A stretch of DNA of 64,000 nt. It comes from Pecten maximus (lineage: Eukaryota). Of the stretch, positions 13,455 to 26,875 are shown piece after piece (position 1 is the first letter of the stretch; each line of letters opens with the position of its first letter). The stretch lies in assembly GCF_902652985.1 (NCBI RefSeq), contig NC_047028.1, forward strand, positions 23,870,001 to 23,934,000, given 5' to 3'. Below the pieces are notes generated by a model. It saw only the letters and a program-made list of their open reading frames with translations. It did no database searches and was not told the DNA's origin. Made by a program: the position numbers and the translations under genes.

Positions 13455-13807
13455 TGACAGTTGTCAGAAGCTCACCACATCCACCACGTTTAGACCCCTG
13501 AGCGAACGTTTTCCGGAATACATTGGGTAAGTAGATATTTTCCAATGCATGTATGACTTATCTATTATTTCTTCACGTTTCCAAACAATGCAGGTATAAG
13601 GTTTACATTTCTTTCAACTTGTTTCACTTATTGTTTCTTTTATTTAAAACGTTGGATTATTCTCCAAGATAAAACGGATAAGAGTTCATATTTGTGTTTA
13701 TATCAGAAGTAAATAAATACCAAAAAAAAGGAAAGTTATAGCGGGGCAGTTTTAATGTTCAAAAATGTATACCAGACCAATGTTTTGTGTTGTATTCTTT
13801 CAGGAAA

Positions 13808-14017
13808 ATGGCATTGTTTGCTTTTGTTTGGCCTATCCTCTTGTGTGTAGCGATATTGCCAGAGGGATATTCGACATATAGGATGGGCTTTTTTTGTCCA
13901 CTAGGGAATGGAATATTGGGAGGTAAAAGAGACGTACACACCAAACCTCTCGCTGACAAAATTACCAGCATGAGCGGGATTGCTGAAGAATTGCATCCAT
14001 ATCCAAAAGAGAGTTAA
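13808..14017 (+). CDS. Secreted peptide precursor C1 (69 aa)
   Basis: Acceptor ttctttcag (13803). MALFAFVWPILLCVAILPEG-YSTYRMGFFCPLGNGILG-GKR-DVHTKPLADKITSMSGIAEELHPYPKES*. AATAAA near 14061. Confidence 0.85.
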   Translation: MALFAFVWPILLCVAILPEGYSTYRMGFFCPLGNGILGGKRDVHTKPLADKITSMSGIAEELHPYPKES

Positions 14018-14359
14018 TGATTTTCAACATCACGTGTAACATATGAAAATAACAAAAAGAAATAAACAATTTCATATCTGATAATGATATTTTGTTTGAT
14101 ATGTTTAAATCTTTATAAATTCATCACATGATTACTGCGTTATTGAATGAACACACCGATAGCAAAAGTTTTCTTGTATGCAAAACGTCATTAAACTCTA
14201 AGGAATTTTCTTCACATACTTGCAGATAACCATATGAAGTAGCATTGGACACTGGCTAATGAATCGTAATTCGGGTCCATTTCATATGAATTAAAAAAAA
14301 ACCTTATTCATGTAAACTGTAATGTTACTGATGGTAAATGGGAATCTAACCTTGCAATG

Positions 14360-14699
14360 TTGTCCTTCGGAATGGACGTTGATCCGGGGTCAGGTGTTCG
14401 GTAAGCTCGCCGTTCACGTTAAAGATCCTCTTCTGTATTCGTAGGCTAATTGCTAGCCGCCACAAAGTCTAGTTTTATATAGGTCTAGATTAGGTTTATG
14501 TACGTATTAAGGCAATTCAGTGACACTCCTAAATTACTTCCCACTTTTTTTAGACACACAGATAATAGTCTGCTCCTATCACATAAGATCCTTTGGTGAT
14601 AATAAAATGCGGAATTGCTCCCCAGTTGTGCCCCGAACTACCCCATTCCCCCTCATTGTCCTAGGATCAGTTATAACCGGAACAAGGACGTTAAGCCCC

Positions 14700-14741
<42 letters not shown>

Positions 14742-14742
14742 T
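14360..14742 (+). mobile_element. 5'-truncated SINE-like element (Deu/Nin-domain-like core) with (ATCA)n tail
   Basis: Core tccttcggaatggacgttgatccgggg...cacgttaaagatcct and tail ggacgttaagcccct(tcaa)n at 14701-14740. The unit-2 copy (about 27215-27388) lacks the tail. Family assignment is from recalled motif similarity. Confidence 0.55.
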
Positions 14743-16517
14743 AAACCTCTTCCAATGTAAATAGATAAACATGAACTCTTCATCAAATACTGCTAATCAA
14801 GATCAGGAGAGAATCGACTGCCAAACATTTTCATAATACGAATATAAAAGTTTTGAAACAAGAAGAAAAGAGAATGAAAGAACCTCAGGGTGAAAAAAGA
14901 AATCATGTTTAATGTGTAAGCATCTTCCGCTGTTTTGTCGATACCGCCACGTTGGTTTCCAAGATGCTAACGGGCTTTATTATTTTTTACAACAGGGCCA
15001 AACTATGATCATAAGACTCAAATCTCATGCCCTTGTTCCAACATGATACAATAGCTTTAACAATATCAATTACATGATCCAGTTATTTCGAATATTTTAT
15101 TGATAAAATAAACGCCAAAGTGTTATTTCTCTATCTCTCTCTCTATTTCTCTATATTTCAATTTATTCCTTCCTTGTAGCGAATACTTGACCCTGGTGTT
15201 ATGAAATCAACAACTTTTTAGGAAGCAAATGGTGTTCTTTATATCGAAGAAGAGTCTTTGATTGTACGTTTCTACTTTTCGACGCCTACCTGCAATAGGG
15301 CAGATATGTTTCTATGAAAAACGTTGTATTATGTATGTCTACATAACATATCTGAAGATAATCATTGTGGTTTAAGAAAGCTTTGACAGAGATAATCACA
15401 TGCCTGCCAGGGAAAATCAAACATGATGACGACATACGGGAAAATGTTCATAAACTCTAGATCACATGTGTATAACTAGTAATTGGCATTTCAAAAGATC
15501 AAATGAGCATCTCAAAAGCAACAGAGAACATCAATATTATAATGGAAACGTAATTTGAACTAAAAAAGAAGGACGAAGATCTGAAAACGATTGTACTGTC
15601 ATTTCTTTTCAAACTTCCCCCAATAAAAGGATAGAAAAACTTATAAAAAGACAGTATGAAATCAAAAACAAAGTCAAATATATTTAGGAAATCGAGCTTA
15701 ACGAATCCCCCCTCCCCCGATAACAGTAAATAATGACGATAATGATATAAACAACTTCTTAAAAACACGGTGCTAATCGTATTTTATGAACACATGTCAA
15801 AATTTGGAAAAAATACTCTAACCTTTCAAGTTCTAGTGCACAGTTTCGGTATTTGACCCCAAAACGGAAATTCACTCAAAATGTTATCCTGTCACTAATA
15901 TTTGCCGTTTACATATAAATGGCTGGATAAAGAGGAAAAGGAGATGATTATATCAATGCATCTTGATAAGAATTCAAGAACTGAAATACAGTGCCCTAAA
16001 TCGACCGGAAGCTATATACTAACGATAGAGGCAGAGCACGTTCGAATTTCTTAGGAATGCAATTGATGCAATCGATTTTATTTCATTTTGAATTTAAAAG
16101 AAGATGGCGGATGTCGTCGATGAAGCAGAAGACGCCTACTCTCGCTCCGAACACGACCAAGTGCTCCCTCGTTAAATTAATTTTGAGTTTGAATTATTGT
16201 TCGATTATTATGTTCGCTTTGTTTGTTGTTTTTGTTCTGAAACAAGAAAATGATTAAAAACAGTGAAATATAGCCTATATACGTTGAACGGCAAAATACG
16301 TTACACAAATGTAATTGAAAGACGTTTCTTTCTTTATTCCATACCATTATGAGGGGAACTTTTGTTTAATACACATAATATCATGTAGTCTTTGGAAATT
16401 GTGCAATTAAGTAACTGGAAAGGTTAGCAATTAAAGTTTTTGTAGTCTAATGAGCAAAGTAGTGATAAATCAGGTGATCAAACCAAACCAAATATAATGC
16501 GACTGTATTGAACTTTA

Positions 16518-17690
16518 ACTGCCGTAACAGATATGAATCTTGGATTATATAATAGTATATGTCATAAGCCCATCACATCTACGACTTATAGACTCCTGTC
16601 TATATATCCTATAAGTTAATATTAAAGTAAAATGTAATATTACCTGTACGAATCAATTCATGGTTACGTGAAGTTAAAGGTAGACGGCTGCTGACTCGAA
16701 ACAATTTCCCAAAATAACATGTATGTAATATGTAAATTTATTTATAATAATGGAAATAGAACAGCTTTTCCAGTTGTGATCCAACCGTCTCAAGCTCGTG
16801 ATAACAAACACATTCTAGAGAAGAGCGACTCTTTTGTAAAACAGGACGAATTGTGCGAGGATATCACATATCATGGAAACCATTCCTGTGAACGTAACTT
16901 CATATATGTACTTCAGTTATACTGTTTTGTTTGATGTGTGTGATTTACCTGAATTTCTACCACAATACCCTGTGTTATTCAACTCTCTGACCATCAGTTA
17001 ATCATTACAGCAGTTGATTAACAATCTGTTTATACCACACGTGGTATAAACTATGTACGCATTTTGATTGGCTAACACGGTGAACTTTGACCTAGGCTGC
17101 AATTGTTATTGACGTCATCAATAATCTAATGACGTCACATCACCGGGTCCCGGACGTCACCGGTACACTTTATTTGCATACGCGAAATTATACTTTGCCA
17201 CGTTTCCCTTTGGTTCAAGCCGATATTATTCTGGTAGAAACAGGTCACACGACTCGAAATTGGTGGATGTTGGATATGGAATTTATTTCACACGAGTAAG
17301 TTATTTTTTTAAAGTTACAAAAGACAAGAGCTTTAGCGAGTGTTTCTTTTAAACTTTTAAAAAAAACTTACGAGTGTGAAATAAATTCCATATCCAACAT
17401 CCACTCGTTGTGTAACCTCTATGTATACAAAATAACAACATTTAAACGAAACCTTAATTATAAATAAAACTCAATACAACAAGGACATAATACTAACTTC
17501 GTACATTAACTATATACATGAAGTTTTGCCTTTCTCTAGTGTGTAGCGATATTGTTAGAGTGTTATTTAGCAGAAGATTCAAGACTTGCTGAGATATTGA
17601 TGTATTGCTAGGGATAAAACGTTAGGAATTCAACAGTAACAAAGAGAGACAAGGCTGTCAAGAAATGGTTGGACCTCTGGGGAAATGGTA
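16518..17690 (+). pseudogene. Peptide-precursor pseudogene D1
   Basis: Promoter remnant (TATA 16546-16552, E-box mutated to CAGATA), donor lost, intron interrupted by an insertion, decayed coding remnant at 17523-17690. Confidence 0.7.
16950..17420. mobile_element. Non-autonomous element with long subterminal palindrome (second copy at about 42527-42996)
   Basis: Absent from the homologous intron of B2/B3. Palindrome at 17263-17404 (gtggatgttggatatggaatttatttcacac...gtgtgaaataaattccatatccaacatccac); ends aacctct. Confidence 0.65.
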
Positions 17691-19292
17691 TATACCGCAT
17701 TTAATAATGAAAAATGTCTGTCTGAAAAAGAAAGCATAATGACTTGTTACTGGACAATTGTATCCAAATAACCAAACTGATATGTGTTATTGTTTTTTTT
17801 TTTTTGTTTTTTCTTTTAAATATTTCAATCATAACGTACACCAAGAAATCGGGCGACAACATTCTGAAGAAATACAAGCGTGCCGCACGATTTGTCCTGT
17901 TATGATTCATTAAATAAATATTTTGATCATGTAAGATTGATCCTATTACCAAAAAATGCCTTAAGGTGTCTCCTGATTCCTTCGATTGAATTATTTGATA
18001 TAGCTCTTGAAGAATATGATTGAAGTCAAATGCTATAATTTTGATTTCAAATAATATACACATTTACATGTAATTTTACAATGTAGATACTACGAACACA
18101 TAAGGGGTTGTCATCAGAATCAGAGCTTGGGTAACGACAAACAACTAGAAGGCAACCCAGCCGACATCGACATACCAACATAGAATTAGTAATTCCAATT
18201 AGAAAGCCATACAACTTTTTTCAATTCCTCGTCATCAACTTGTATCTTTCGAAACCTGGTGTCATTAGTTTTGCTTTCGTAAGCTTCTGACATCTATCTA
18301 TTGAAAATAGGTAAGGACATATTCCACGACCACGTATTGGGAAAGTAGAGAGTTTGCTTACTTTGAAATTGATAATTCATAATAAGAAAGTAGATACAGT
18401 CGGTTTTAACCTACTCTTGTTGGCAACACTGTAAAAGTGCGTTCTACGATAACACAGATATGATTGACTTTAAACGGGAATAAAAGCTTAAAAATACTAT
18501 TCATACATTAAATACCGGTTTGGAATTCAGAGGAGTGACGGAATATTGTGTATTAAGGCTCCTTTTTAGACAGCTAAATATTATTCATGTTTTAGGTTTT
18601 TTTAGCTTATTAATCTTTTTAGAGTCCCTAAAACTTGACATCAATCACGGCCAAAATTTGGAACAAGTTTTTAGATATCAAATCAGCCGTGACATGTTAC
18701 CGCCATGTGCTGGTGAAGCGGGGACCTTATTTATTTAGAGATCAACAATCAACAATAAGGAAACCGACATCTTCACGCCACCGTACATATTTGTTTTAAG
18801 CTGACGATGCTATGAAGGCATGGCGTATTGTGTATGTCAATAGTTCTTTGTTTACATTATATGGACATTCCTACAAGTGACCAAATGTTATTTATTTAGC
18901 CTTTATTCCATACAGATGGAGAAACATACAACAAAGACTAATTTTTGACATAGTTGATCCGTTAAAAGCATGGAACACGCCTTTGTTCTGTTAGATATTT
19001 GATTATGAAATGCTTATAGTACAAATTCATTTTTGGAAAACATCACCATATCTGTTTTTTGACATAGATAAGTTATTTGAAACAGCTGCAGACGCAGTAA
19101 CTATTACTTAATTTAAAATCAATATATCTTTTAAAAGCAGGTAGCATGTCATAATGATTAACTATATATATATTATTGTGTAATATCGATAATACGATTC
19201 TATTTTTGGGAAACATTGCCATTTTTGTGTTGTGATCAAAAACAAATCATCGTATGCTAAAACCGAATTTTAGCAGACATGATCAGTAATTT

Positions 19293-19327
19293 ACTGCTGT
19301 ACCAGATGTGAATGTGAGCTTATATAA
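19293..19327 (+). promoter_or_regulatory. Gene A2 core promoter
   Basis: Same E-box/TATA module; donor GT at 19396. Confidence 0.7.
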
Positions 19328-19752
19328 TAGGATTTACGGGTTCATCACATCTACTACTGATAGACGTCAGTGCAGACATTTACGGAATATACTGGGTAAG
19401 TAGCTTTGATTCATTATCTTAATGACTTTACATAACCCATTTTTGGTAAAACGTTCTTCGTGTATTCAAACGATGTAGGAATTTAATACTTAAGTCTACA
19501 TTTATGTTTTAATTACATTCATGAACATGATAATATCTCGAACACTGATTCTCGATCAAGTATACGTTGCTATTTGGCAGTTAGTTCCTTCTATTTGATG
19601 TGGCTTTTATTCATCCTATTCGCCAATGTTACACAGATTGAAAATAACAGATGCGTTTGTGTAAGAAAATAATAGATAGAAAAATATTGATAGTTGGACA
19701 GTATTCGTGTTCAAAACCCGATACCAGAACATTTTTATATTCTTCCAGGAAA

Positions 19753-19962
19753 ATGGCATTAGTTCCTGTGTTTTTAACTTTCCTCCGGTGTGTAACATTA
19801 CTGTCTGGGGGATGTTTGACAGAAGTTTCAGGACTTGCTGATCTAAAAAGAGAGGACGTTAGTCATAGAGGGATAGTGTATCTCAAACCTCCTGATGCTA
19901 AATCATTAGGAAGATGGCTGCTGAAGTATTTCCTCCAGCATCCGGGAAATGAAGACTTGTAA
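19753..19962 (+). CDS. Peptide precursor A2 with 1-nt frameshift near 19900 (altered C-terminus)
   Basis: gctaaatcattagg versus gctaaaatccttagg in A1. Reads ...PPDAKSLGRWLLKYFLQHPGNEDL*; the restored frame would read AKIIRKMAAEVFPPASGK*. Confidence 0.6.
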   Translation: MALVPVFLTFLRCVTLLSGGCLTEVSGLADLKREDVSHRGIVYLKPPDAKSLGRWLLKYFLQHPGNEDL

Positions 19963-21096
19963 CAAAAGGAATCAATGATATCATAACTGAAAATGTTTTA
20001 TTGTATATATCGAAACATATCTAATTTGGTCATATGATTGCTGTGTTATTTTTATTGTTTAAACACACCCATTACAAAATGTTCGCATGCATGTGTGTAA
20101 TATCGCATATACTGACATTATTAAAGGCTAATAAATTGATTCACATACTTCCAGACATTGGCAAAATTCAAAAGAAATTTTCAAGTTAGATAAAGAAGAG
20201 CCAAAATGAACTAAACCACATAACTCTAGGACTCGTCAGTGATACTAGTTGTCTCAAATGAACATAGGAGGCGACCAAAAGAGCCATCAAAATTTTAAAG
20301 ACAGGCGAAGCAAATTTTAATATTTGAATTTTAACGAACCTTAATAAAATGGGTATGAATTAAAACTAGACAAACAACCAGGTTACGATCAAATGTGGAT
20401 ATAAACGTGTAGACGAAACCTTATTTGTATCTCAAAATTAATAAGATATAGGCAAATTATAAAACCTAATGAATATCTGGCAGCCTTAACAATCAACTGA
20501 CCAGCGCTATCTACACACACCCACGAGCAAACTTCCTGTTTTGATACCATGTTTTATGTTACAATATTAAACCACATTAGTTACTATGACAACGGGAATA
20601 TCATGTAGCCCGCATTTGCCCTAGCTTTTTATGGCGGGTGCCGTCCATGAAGTAGTAGGCCCTTACTCTCTCTCTCTCTCTCTCTCTACTCCTGATCGTA
20701 TTACCCTTGTACTTTTGCTAATCTATATATTTGTTTATATTTTGTCGTTGTTCAATCGATTTTGAATCATGGTTTTGGTTTTGATGTCGGTATTCTTTGT
20801 TTTTTCTTCTCTGCGTCTCCTGCAGTAAAGAATTTTGTTTTTTGTTTGTTTTTTAACAGGAAAAAACGTTGAAAGGCAAACTATTCTATACAGGTATAAT
20901 TGAAAGTCATTTTCTAGTCTATACCGTTATGTTTTAAATGTATATATAAAAAGAGGTGTTCGCAATTAGTGTAATTGTACAACTAGGAATATAAAAAAAA
21001 ATATTTTGGAAACAAATTCTATATGTATATGGCGATCAAAGACAAATAATTGCATGTTGATCTAAACTGAAAATAAGGCGACGATCATGAACTTTT

Positions 21097-21131
21097 ACGG
21101 CCGTACCAGATGTGAATCTGGGATTATATAA
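21097..21131 (+). promoter_or_regulatory. Gene B2 core promoter
   Basis: acggccgtacCAGATGtgaatctgggatTATATAA; donor GT at 21204, acceptor AG at 21834-21835. Confidence 0.75.
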
Positions 21132-21840
21132 TAACAGGTGTCACAAGATTATCACATCTACGACCCTTAGACTGCCGTATGAACGTTTTCCGGAATACAC
21201 CGAGTAAGTAGTTTTATAAATCATACATATACCCTGACGTTAAGGTAAAATACTGAACTCTTATAACATTTTCAATAATTCTGAAAAAAATAATTGATAT
21301 GCTTCGCATTTAAATGTTTTCCCGAAATATATGTAATATGTAATATGATAATACGAACCATTTTTCGAGATACGATCACACCGTCTCGATCTAGATCAGG
21401 ATAACAAAACACATTCTAAAGAAGATTTTATATTGTAAACAGGATCATTTGTGTGAGGATATCAATTTATTATGAAAATGATTCCTATGAACTTAACATC
21501 ATATATATGTACTTCAGTAACACAGTTCTGTTCCACGTGAGTGGTTTACCTTTATGTATCAAAAATAATGACATTCAAACAAAACCGTTACTAAGTAAAC
21601 ATCAATAAAACAAGGGTGTAATAGAAAAATCGTACTTTAACTATGTTATGAGTAAGAAAATAATAAGAAATATATATCTATAGTTTTGTGACCTCATTAA
21701 CCTATTTTCATTTCAAACGAAATATTTATCTATCCTACATATTAGGAAAGTATGGAATGGAATTAATTAATATGTAATTGTAAGCTATATATAATCATAA
21801 GGTGATATCTATGCTTATGTTGATATTTTATTTAGAACAA

Positions 21841-22053
21841 ATGCCATTGGCTGGTGTAGTTTTGCCATTCCTTTTGTGTTTAGCAATATTGTCAGAGGGA
21901 TGTTTGACAGAGGCTTCAGGAATTCCTGATCATCTGCAATACAGTGGGGATGGATTTGGAGGGAAAGAACAAATCAAACCTACCAATGACAAAATCACAA
22001 GGAGGGACAGGGCTGCTGAGGAATTGGTTGCTCCTCCTATCCCAGGGGGATGA
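21841..22053 (+). CDS. Secreted peptide precursor B2 (70 aa)
   Basis: MPLAGVVLPFLLCLAILSEG-CLTEASGIPDHLQYSGDGFGGKEQIKPTNDKIT-RRDR-AAEELVAPPIPG-G*. Confidence 0.85.
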   Translation: MPLAGVVLPFLLCLAILSEGCLTEASGIPDHLQYSGDGFGGKEQIKPTNDKITRRDRAAEELVAPPIPGG

Positions 22054-22157
22054 TGACGTGTAGCATCAAGTGTAGCATATCAAAATAACAAGGAATATAT
22101 GGTTTCCTAACTGATCATGATGTTTTTGTTTGATGTTTTGTGTTAATTCTAAATACT

Positions 22158-22875
22158 ATAAGACTCTTTCATATGCGTATATGTAGGATAGGGATATTCT
22201 AGCCGAGGGGTCACAAAATGAGAATGAGGTGAAACCGGAGCCTTGCCGAGGGTTTTACCACATTTTGTGATCCCGAGGGTGGAATAATATCCCTATCCTA
22301 CATACACACATAATGAAAGAGTCTTTTTCTCTCATATCACTACCAAATGTCTGGCAAAAGTGTCCCTCAGCCATCCAGTTTCTTCATTTCTTTTTTTAAA
22401 TTTCCTTATTTGACGTTTTTACTAAAAATACTGAACTGGTATTCTGAAAGATCATACCCAATTTTGGCAAACTAAGTTCGCACACAAATTTCATTCCATT
22501 GATGGTTAAGTGATGAACGACCAAATAATTCGTCAATTGCCGTAACTTGATCGATCAAACTGTCGACACCCGATAAAGTTCTGTCAACAATACTTTGAAA
22601 AAATCAACGATGAAATGAAATTGATAATTTTACGGAACACACTGTACTTTTTATTGCCCGGTCACATTTTTATAAGATATAACTTAACTGTATGACGTCA
22701 CGACTGCCCATTTATAGTTCAATGCTATTTAAGCGATGTCGATCTCGATCGCTATGACGCGGCGATGTTTCTTAGGCGGTATTATCAAATTCACGGTTTT
22801 AGCAACTTCATGTATGAACCAGCGAACAGTGACTTGATACGAGTATTCGATCTTTTCTGTGACATAGGATTATAT
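22158..22875. mobile_element. Non-autonomous element starting with a ~165-bp palindrome (22160-22325)
   Basis: aagactctttcat..atgtaggatagggatatt..cacaaaatg pairs with cattttgtg..aatatccctatcctacat..atgaaagagtctt. Right boundary is approximate. Confidence 0.5.
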
Positions 22876-23646
22876 GTGTTTAACCGGCTTTCTTGATGGA
22901 ATGACAAAGGTAAGTCCGTCTATAACAATGACCATATTGGAAGGCTAGGATGACAGTTAGTTTTCCTGGTTACTCTACCAGAACATAGTCTCTGTTAAAA
23001 TTAAAATAAATATTTTCTTATATTAACATCGAGGGGCGTCATATTTACCGAATGTTCGTTAATCTAAGAGCCAGAAAATGTCTGAATAATTCCAAATACA
23101 CAGGCTACTGAGTAAGCCTAGTGTAAACCAATGTTCAGGCCACTGTGCTGTCGCAGACGGAACCATTTCATCGCTTGTGGTGTTTTACATTTCCTTTTTT
23201 TTTAAATTTTATTTGTGACTTTAATCAAATTTCCTATCATTGCCCGGTGACTGTGTGTGTTTGCATGTTTAAGTAGTTTAAATGTTTGCACTTGTGCGTT
23301 TAAAACCAACTTATACTAAATAGGCCTAGGTATTGGAAAGGTCAAAACTATATGATACGTATTGTGATACGCTAGAAAAATACATGATACGTATTGTTAA
23401 TACAGGAGTGTCTGCTACTTTTTGTTGAAAGTGTGTAATGTCTTTCAACATCAACGTTGCTTATTCCTTTCTATTTTGTGTGTTTTAGTTTTTTGATCTT
23501 AAAATAGTGAAATATTAAAATTCAGATTGAGCAATTAAAAAACATTTTTTTCAACAAATTTAAAATTAGATATCAATTCCATCTATTTTAATAGATTCTA
23601 TATTATTTAATTTACCACTAAGATGTAGATAATATCCTACTAGGTA

Positions 23647-24525
23647 CAGTAAACCTCACTATATCGCCACCTTCTGGTCTCCGCGATTTTGGCGATATAA
23701 CGAGTTTGGCGGTTTATCTGGTTTGCCGTTCAAACCCGAGTTTGCTGTCCAAACACTATACCTAGTGTTTCCGTAACAACTGCATATTCTGAAAAATCAA
23801 AACCAATTTATTCATATCAAAATATTTCAGCAAATTGTACATGAATATTCTTTGATAACATATAAATATCAAATCTAATTATTTTCCCGAGAATGTCATC
23901 GCAATTTTCATCACATGGTCTACAGTAATCGCAACATGATTTTCAATGCTACCTATTTTAACTGTGTGCATGTTCTACCGGGCGTTTGTCGTTTGTTGTG
24001 CCTTCTACTGACAAACTGGCAAAAGAAACTGTTGAAGAGATAACCATTTCTGAATGTCTGATTCAGCTGTAGAATGCCTGTGTTCTTGAAATTTGACAAC
24101 GGTTCATCATGAACTCGCGCCAGTAATGTTTTTAGATCTGTGTCCGGGGTTTCCGATATTGTTAACATTGCGTCATCACGTGGTACGAGACCACAAAGCA
24201 CTAGCCATAGTTCATTGATTTTGTACACGCGCTCACGGTGTGTAAGCTTATTATCTGTCAGTCGGCAGTCAGTCACGTAACAATAACATATAAACACATG
24301 TCCTTCTGGGCTCAATTTGGCGATAATAACGAGATCAAGATGACGGTTTTTTTTATACCATTTGTTCTCGAAATATGACGGCTGATGGCGGTATGCGAAT
24401 TTGGCGGTAAAACGGATGTATTAGCGTGGGAGGAAATCCGTTCTGAATAAATGAATGGCGTTAAGCGAGTTTGGCGGTAAAACCGGTGGCGATATAACGG
24501 GTCGCGATATAACGGGGTTTTACTG
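23647..24525. mobile_element. Complete pogo/Tigger-like (Tc1/mariner) MITE, 879 bp
   Basis: TA target duplication (23645-23646, 24526-24527); imperfect TIRs CAGTaaacctcactatatcgc and gcgatataacggggttttACTG; no transposase. Confidence 0.8.
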
Positions 24526-26217
24526 TATATGAAACGGCATTTTACGTACAAAATAGTGAAGGAAACTTTCATATTTGATCACTTTTCGATAAATGTTAAC
24601 AATTCCATTTATTCAAGTATATGTTATCTAATTAACTTGTGCATCGCAGAGTAGGCATATTGCCTTGTTTTGTTCAGGGGCTTGTTTGAAGTGCTACACC
24701 ACTTTCGATTTTGTTTTTTCCAGACACACCCCTGGTAAACGTTGGCCTTTCCTCTGTCACCGGCCGCCTATAACTGCTTTCACTTTCATAAGCTGGGTTC
24801 TCTATTCAATTATCCAATAGGATAAACAACACAAAATATAGAAACAATCAATCGAAATGTAAAGTATTCCAAAAGATAGATTCGGAAACGGAGACACCTG
24901 AAAATGTAAAAAGGAAAAAGACCATGTGTTCGGAAAGGGTAAACGCCCTTTTCTTCGTTGAACCAACCGCTATCCAAATCTAGATCAAATCAGTAAGTGA
25001 TATGTTTACACAATCAAAACTTGGGTAACGACAAACAGCCAGTAGACAATCCAATCGAAGGCGTCATCGAACATACTGCAAAATAAACATATCCCATTGA
25101 TAGCGAATTCGATCATACAACTTTTTCATTTTGTCATCAACTTGCGTCTCTCGAAACCTTGTGCTTCAATATTTGCTTTCATCAGCTGCCGACATTTGTA
25201 AAGATTATCGTTTTATTGAAACCAAGTTTGGACATATAACGGTTATATGTGGGAAAACCCAGAAGTTTGTTTACTTGGCACTGGGAAATTAATAAAAGAA
25301 AATTGATATAATTAGTTATAAGCTGCCCCTGTCGGTAACACAGTAAAAGTGGGCATCGTGATGATATGGATATGATTGATGTGTCTTAAAATGGGTATTG
25401 AAGCTTAAAAATACACTTTATATATAAATATCGGGTATCGAATTCCGAGGAACGACGAACTATCATCTATTGTATCCCTATTTCAGACAGCTGAAGAAGA
25501 AATAAGAATTATATACTATTTTTTTGTAGTTAATTGATCATGAATCACGGCAATGGTAATATTAGGAACAAGTCCGCGGATATCAAATCATCTGGTACTT
25601 GTTACCGCCATTTGCTAGGGAACCAGGAACCTTAAGTTATAAAAAACTAATAATAAACAATAGGGAAATCGACATATTCGCGCTACCGTACAGCTTTGTT
25701 GTCAGCTGTCAATGTAGTAATGGTGTCTGTTGTATTTCAATCATTCTTTGATTACATTATTGAATAAATAAGATACGTACAAGGACATTACTACGTGTGA
25801 CCAAATATTATTCATTAAGCCTTCATTTCAGACAGCTGTTGATACATTAACGATGAACTATTTCGGACTTAATTGAACCGATATATGCAAGTAACACACC
25901 TCCTGTTCTTTTAGATATTTGATAATGTTGTACTAAAATTCGAACCAAATTAAGGAAAACTTCACCATATTTGTGACGTGACCATAGATAAATGATCTGA
26001 AACAGCTGTGGAAGCAGTAACGATGACTACATTTGGACTTAATAATAGATATAATCAAAACAGGTAACATGCCACTGTGTTGTTTTAGATGTACGAGGTG
26101 TAATATCAATAACACTAATCCATTTTTGGAAAGCATCACAATATTTATGTTGTGATCAAAGGCAAATTATCGGTTGGTAAATAAAGCTGGATTTTATCAG
26201 ACATGATTTATAGTTTT

Positions 26218-26252
26218 ACTGCCGTACCAGATGTGGATCGGAGCTCATATAA
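26218..26252 (+). promoter_or_regulatory. Gene C2 core promoter
   Basis: Identical module to C1; donor GT at 26325. Confidence 0.7.
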
Positions 26253-26659
26253 TGACAGTTGTCAGAAGCTCACCACATCCACCACGTTTAGACCCCTGAG
26301 CGAACGTTTTCCGGAATACATTGGGTAAGTAGATATTTTCCAAAGCATGTATGACTTATTAACTATTTTTTCACGTTTCCAAACAATGCAGGTATAAGGT
26401 TTACATTTCTTTCAACTTGCATACTTTAGCATGAAAAAAACCGAACGCTAATTCTGAATTTATTATATGTTGCTATGTATCACTTTTATTTTTATTTAAA
26501 ACGTTGTGTTATTCTCCAAGATAAAACGGATAAGAGTTCACAGTTGTGTTTATGTCAGAAGTAAATGAATACAAAAAAAAAGGAAAGTTATAGCGGGCCA
26601 GTTTTAATGTTCAAAAATGTATACCAGACCAATGTTTTGTGTTGTATTCTTTCAGAAAA

Positions 26660-26875
26660 ATGGCATTGTTTGCTTTTGTTTGGCCTATCCTCTTGTGTGT
26701 AGCGATATTGTCAGAGGGATATCCGAGAGATGACATGAACTCTTGTTGGTGTCGTCATCCAGGGAATGGAATGGGAGGAGGTAAAAGAGACGTACACACC
26801 AAACTTCCCGATGACAAAATTACCAGCATGAGCGGGATTGCTGAAGAATTGCTTCCATATCCAAAAGAGAGTTAA
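26660..26875 (+). CDS. Secreted peptide precursor C2 (71 aa)
   Basis: MALFAFVWPILLCVAILSEG-YPRDDMNSCWCRHPGNGMGG-GKR-DVHTKLPDDKITSMSGIAEELLPYPKES*; acceptor AG at 26654-26655. Confidence 0.85.
   Translation: MALFAFVWPILLCVAILSEGYPRDDMNSCWCRHPGNGMGGGKRDVHTKLPDDKITSMSGIAEELLPYPKES

Larger units (their letters stand above)
2024..17420 (+). repeat. Segmental tandem unit 1 (D-A-B-C peptide-gene block)
   Basis: Starts atgtatacaaaataacaacatt, which recurs at 17421 and 42997. The downstream sequence is colinear and highly similar in all three copies. Confidence 0.9.

Noticed and set aside
13808-14017. Assignment to myticalin, conotoxin, defensin or a known neuropeptide family
   Set aside because: Only the architecture is similar; signal sequence, Cys pattern and mature motifs match none that I recognise, so no gene symbol is given.
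15499-16257. ORFs repeated at 28128-28891
   Set aside because: Similarity is explained by the recent segmental duplication; no gene structure.
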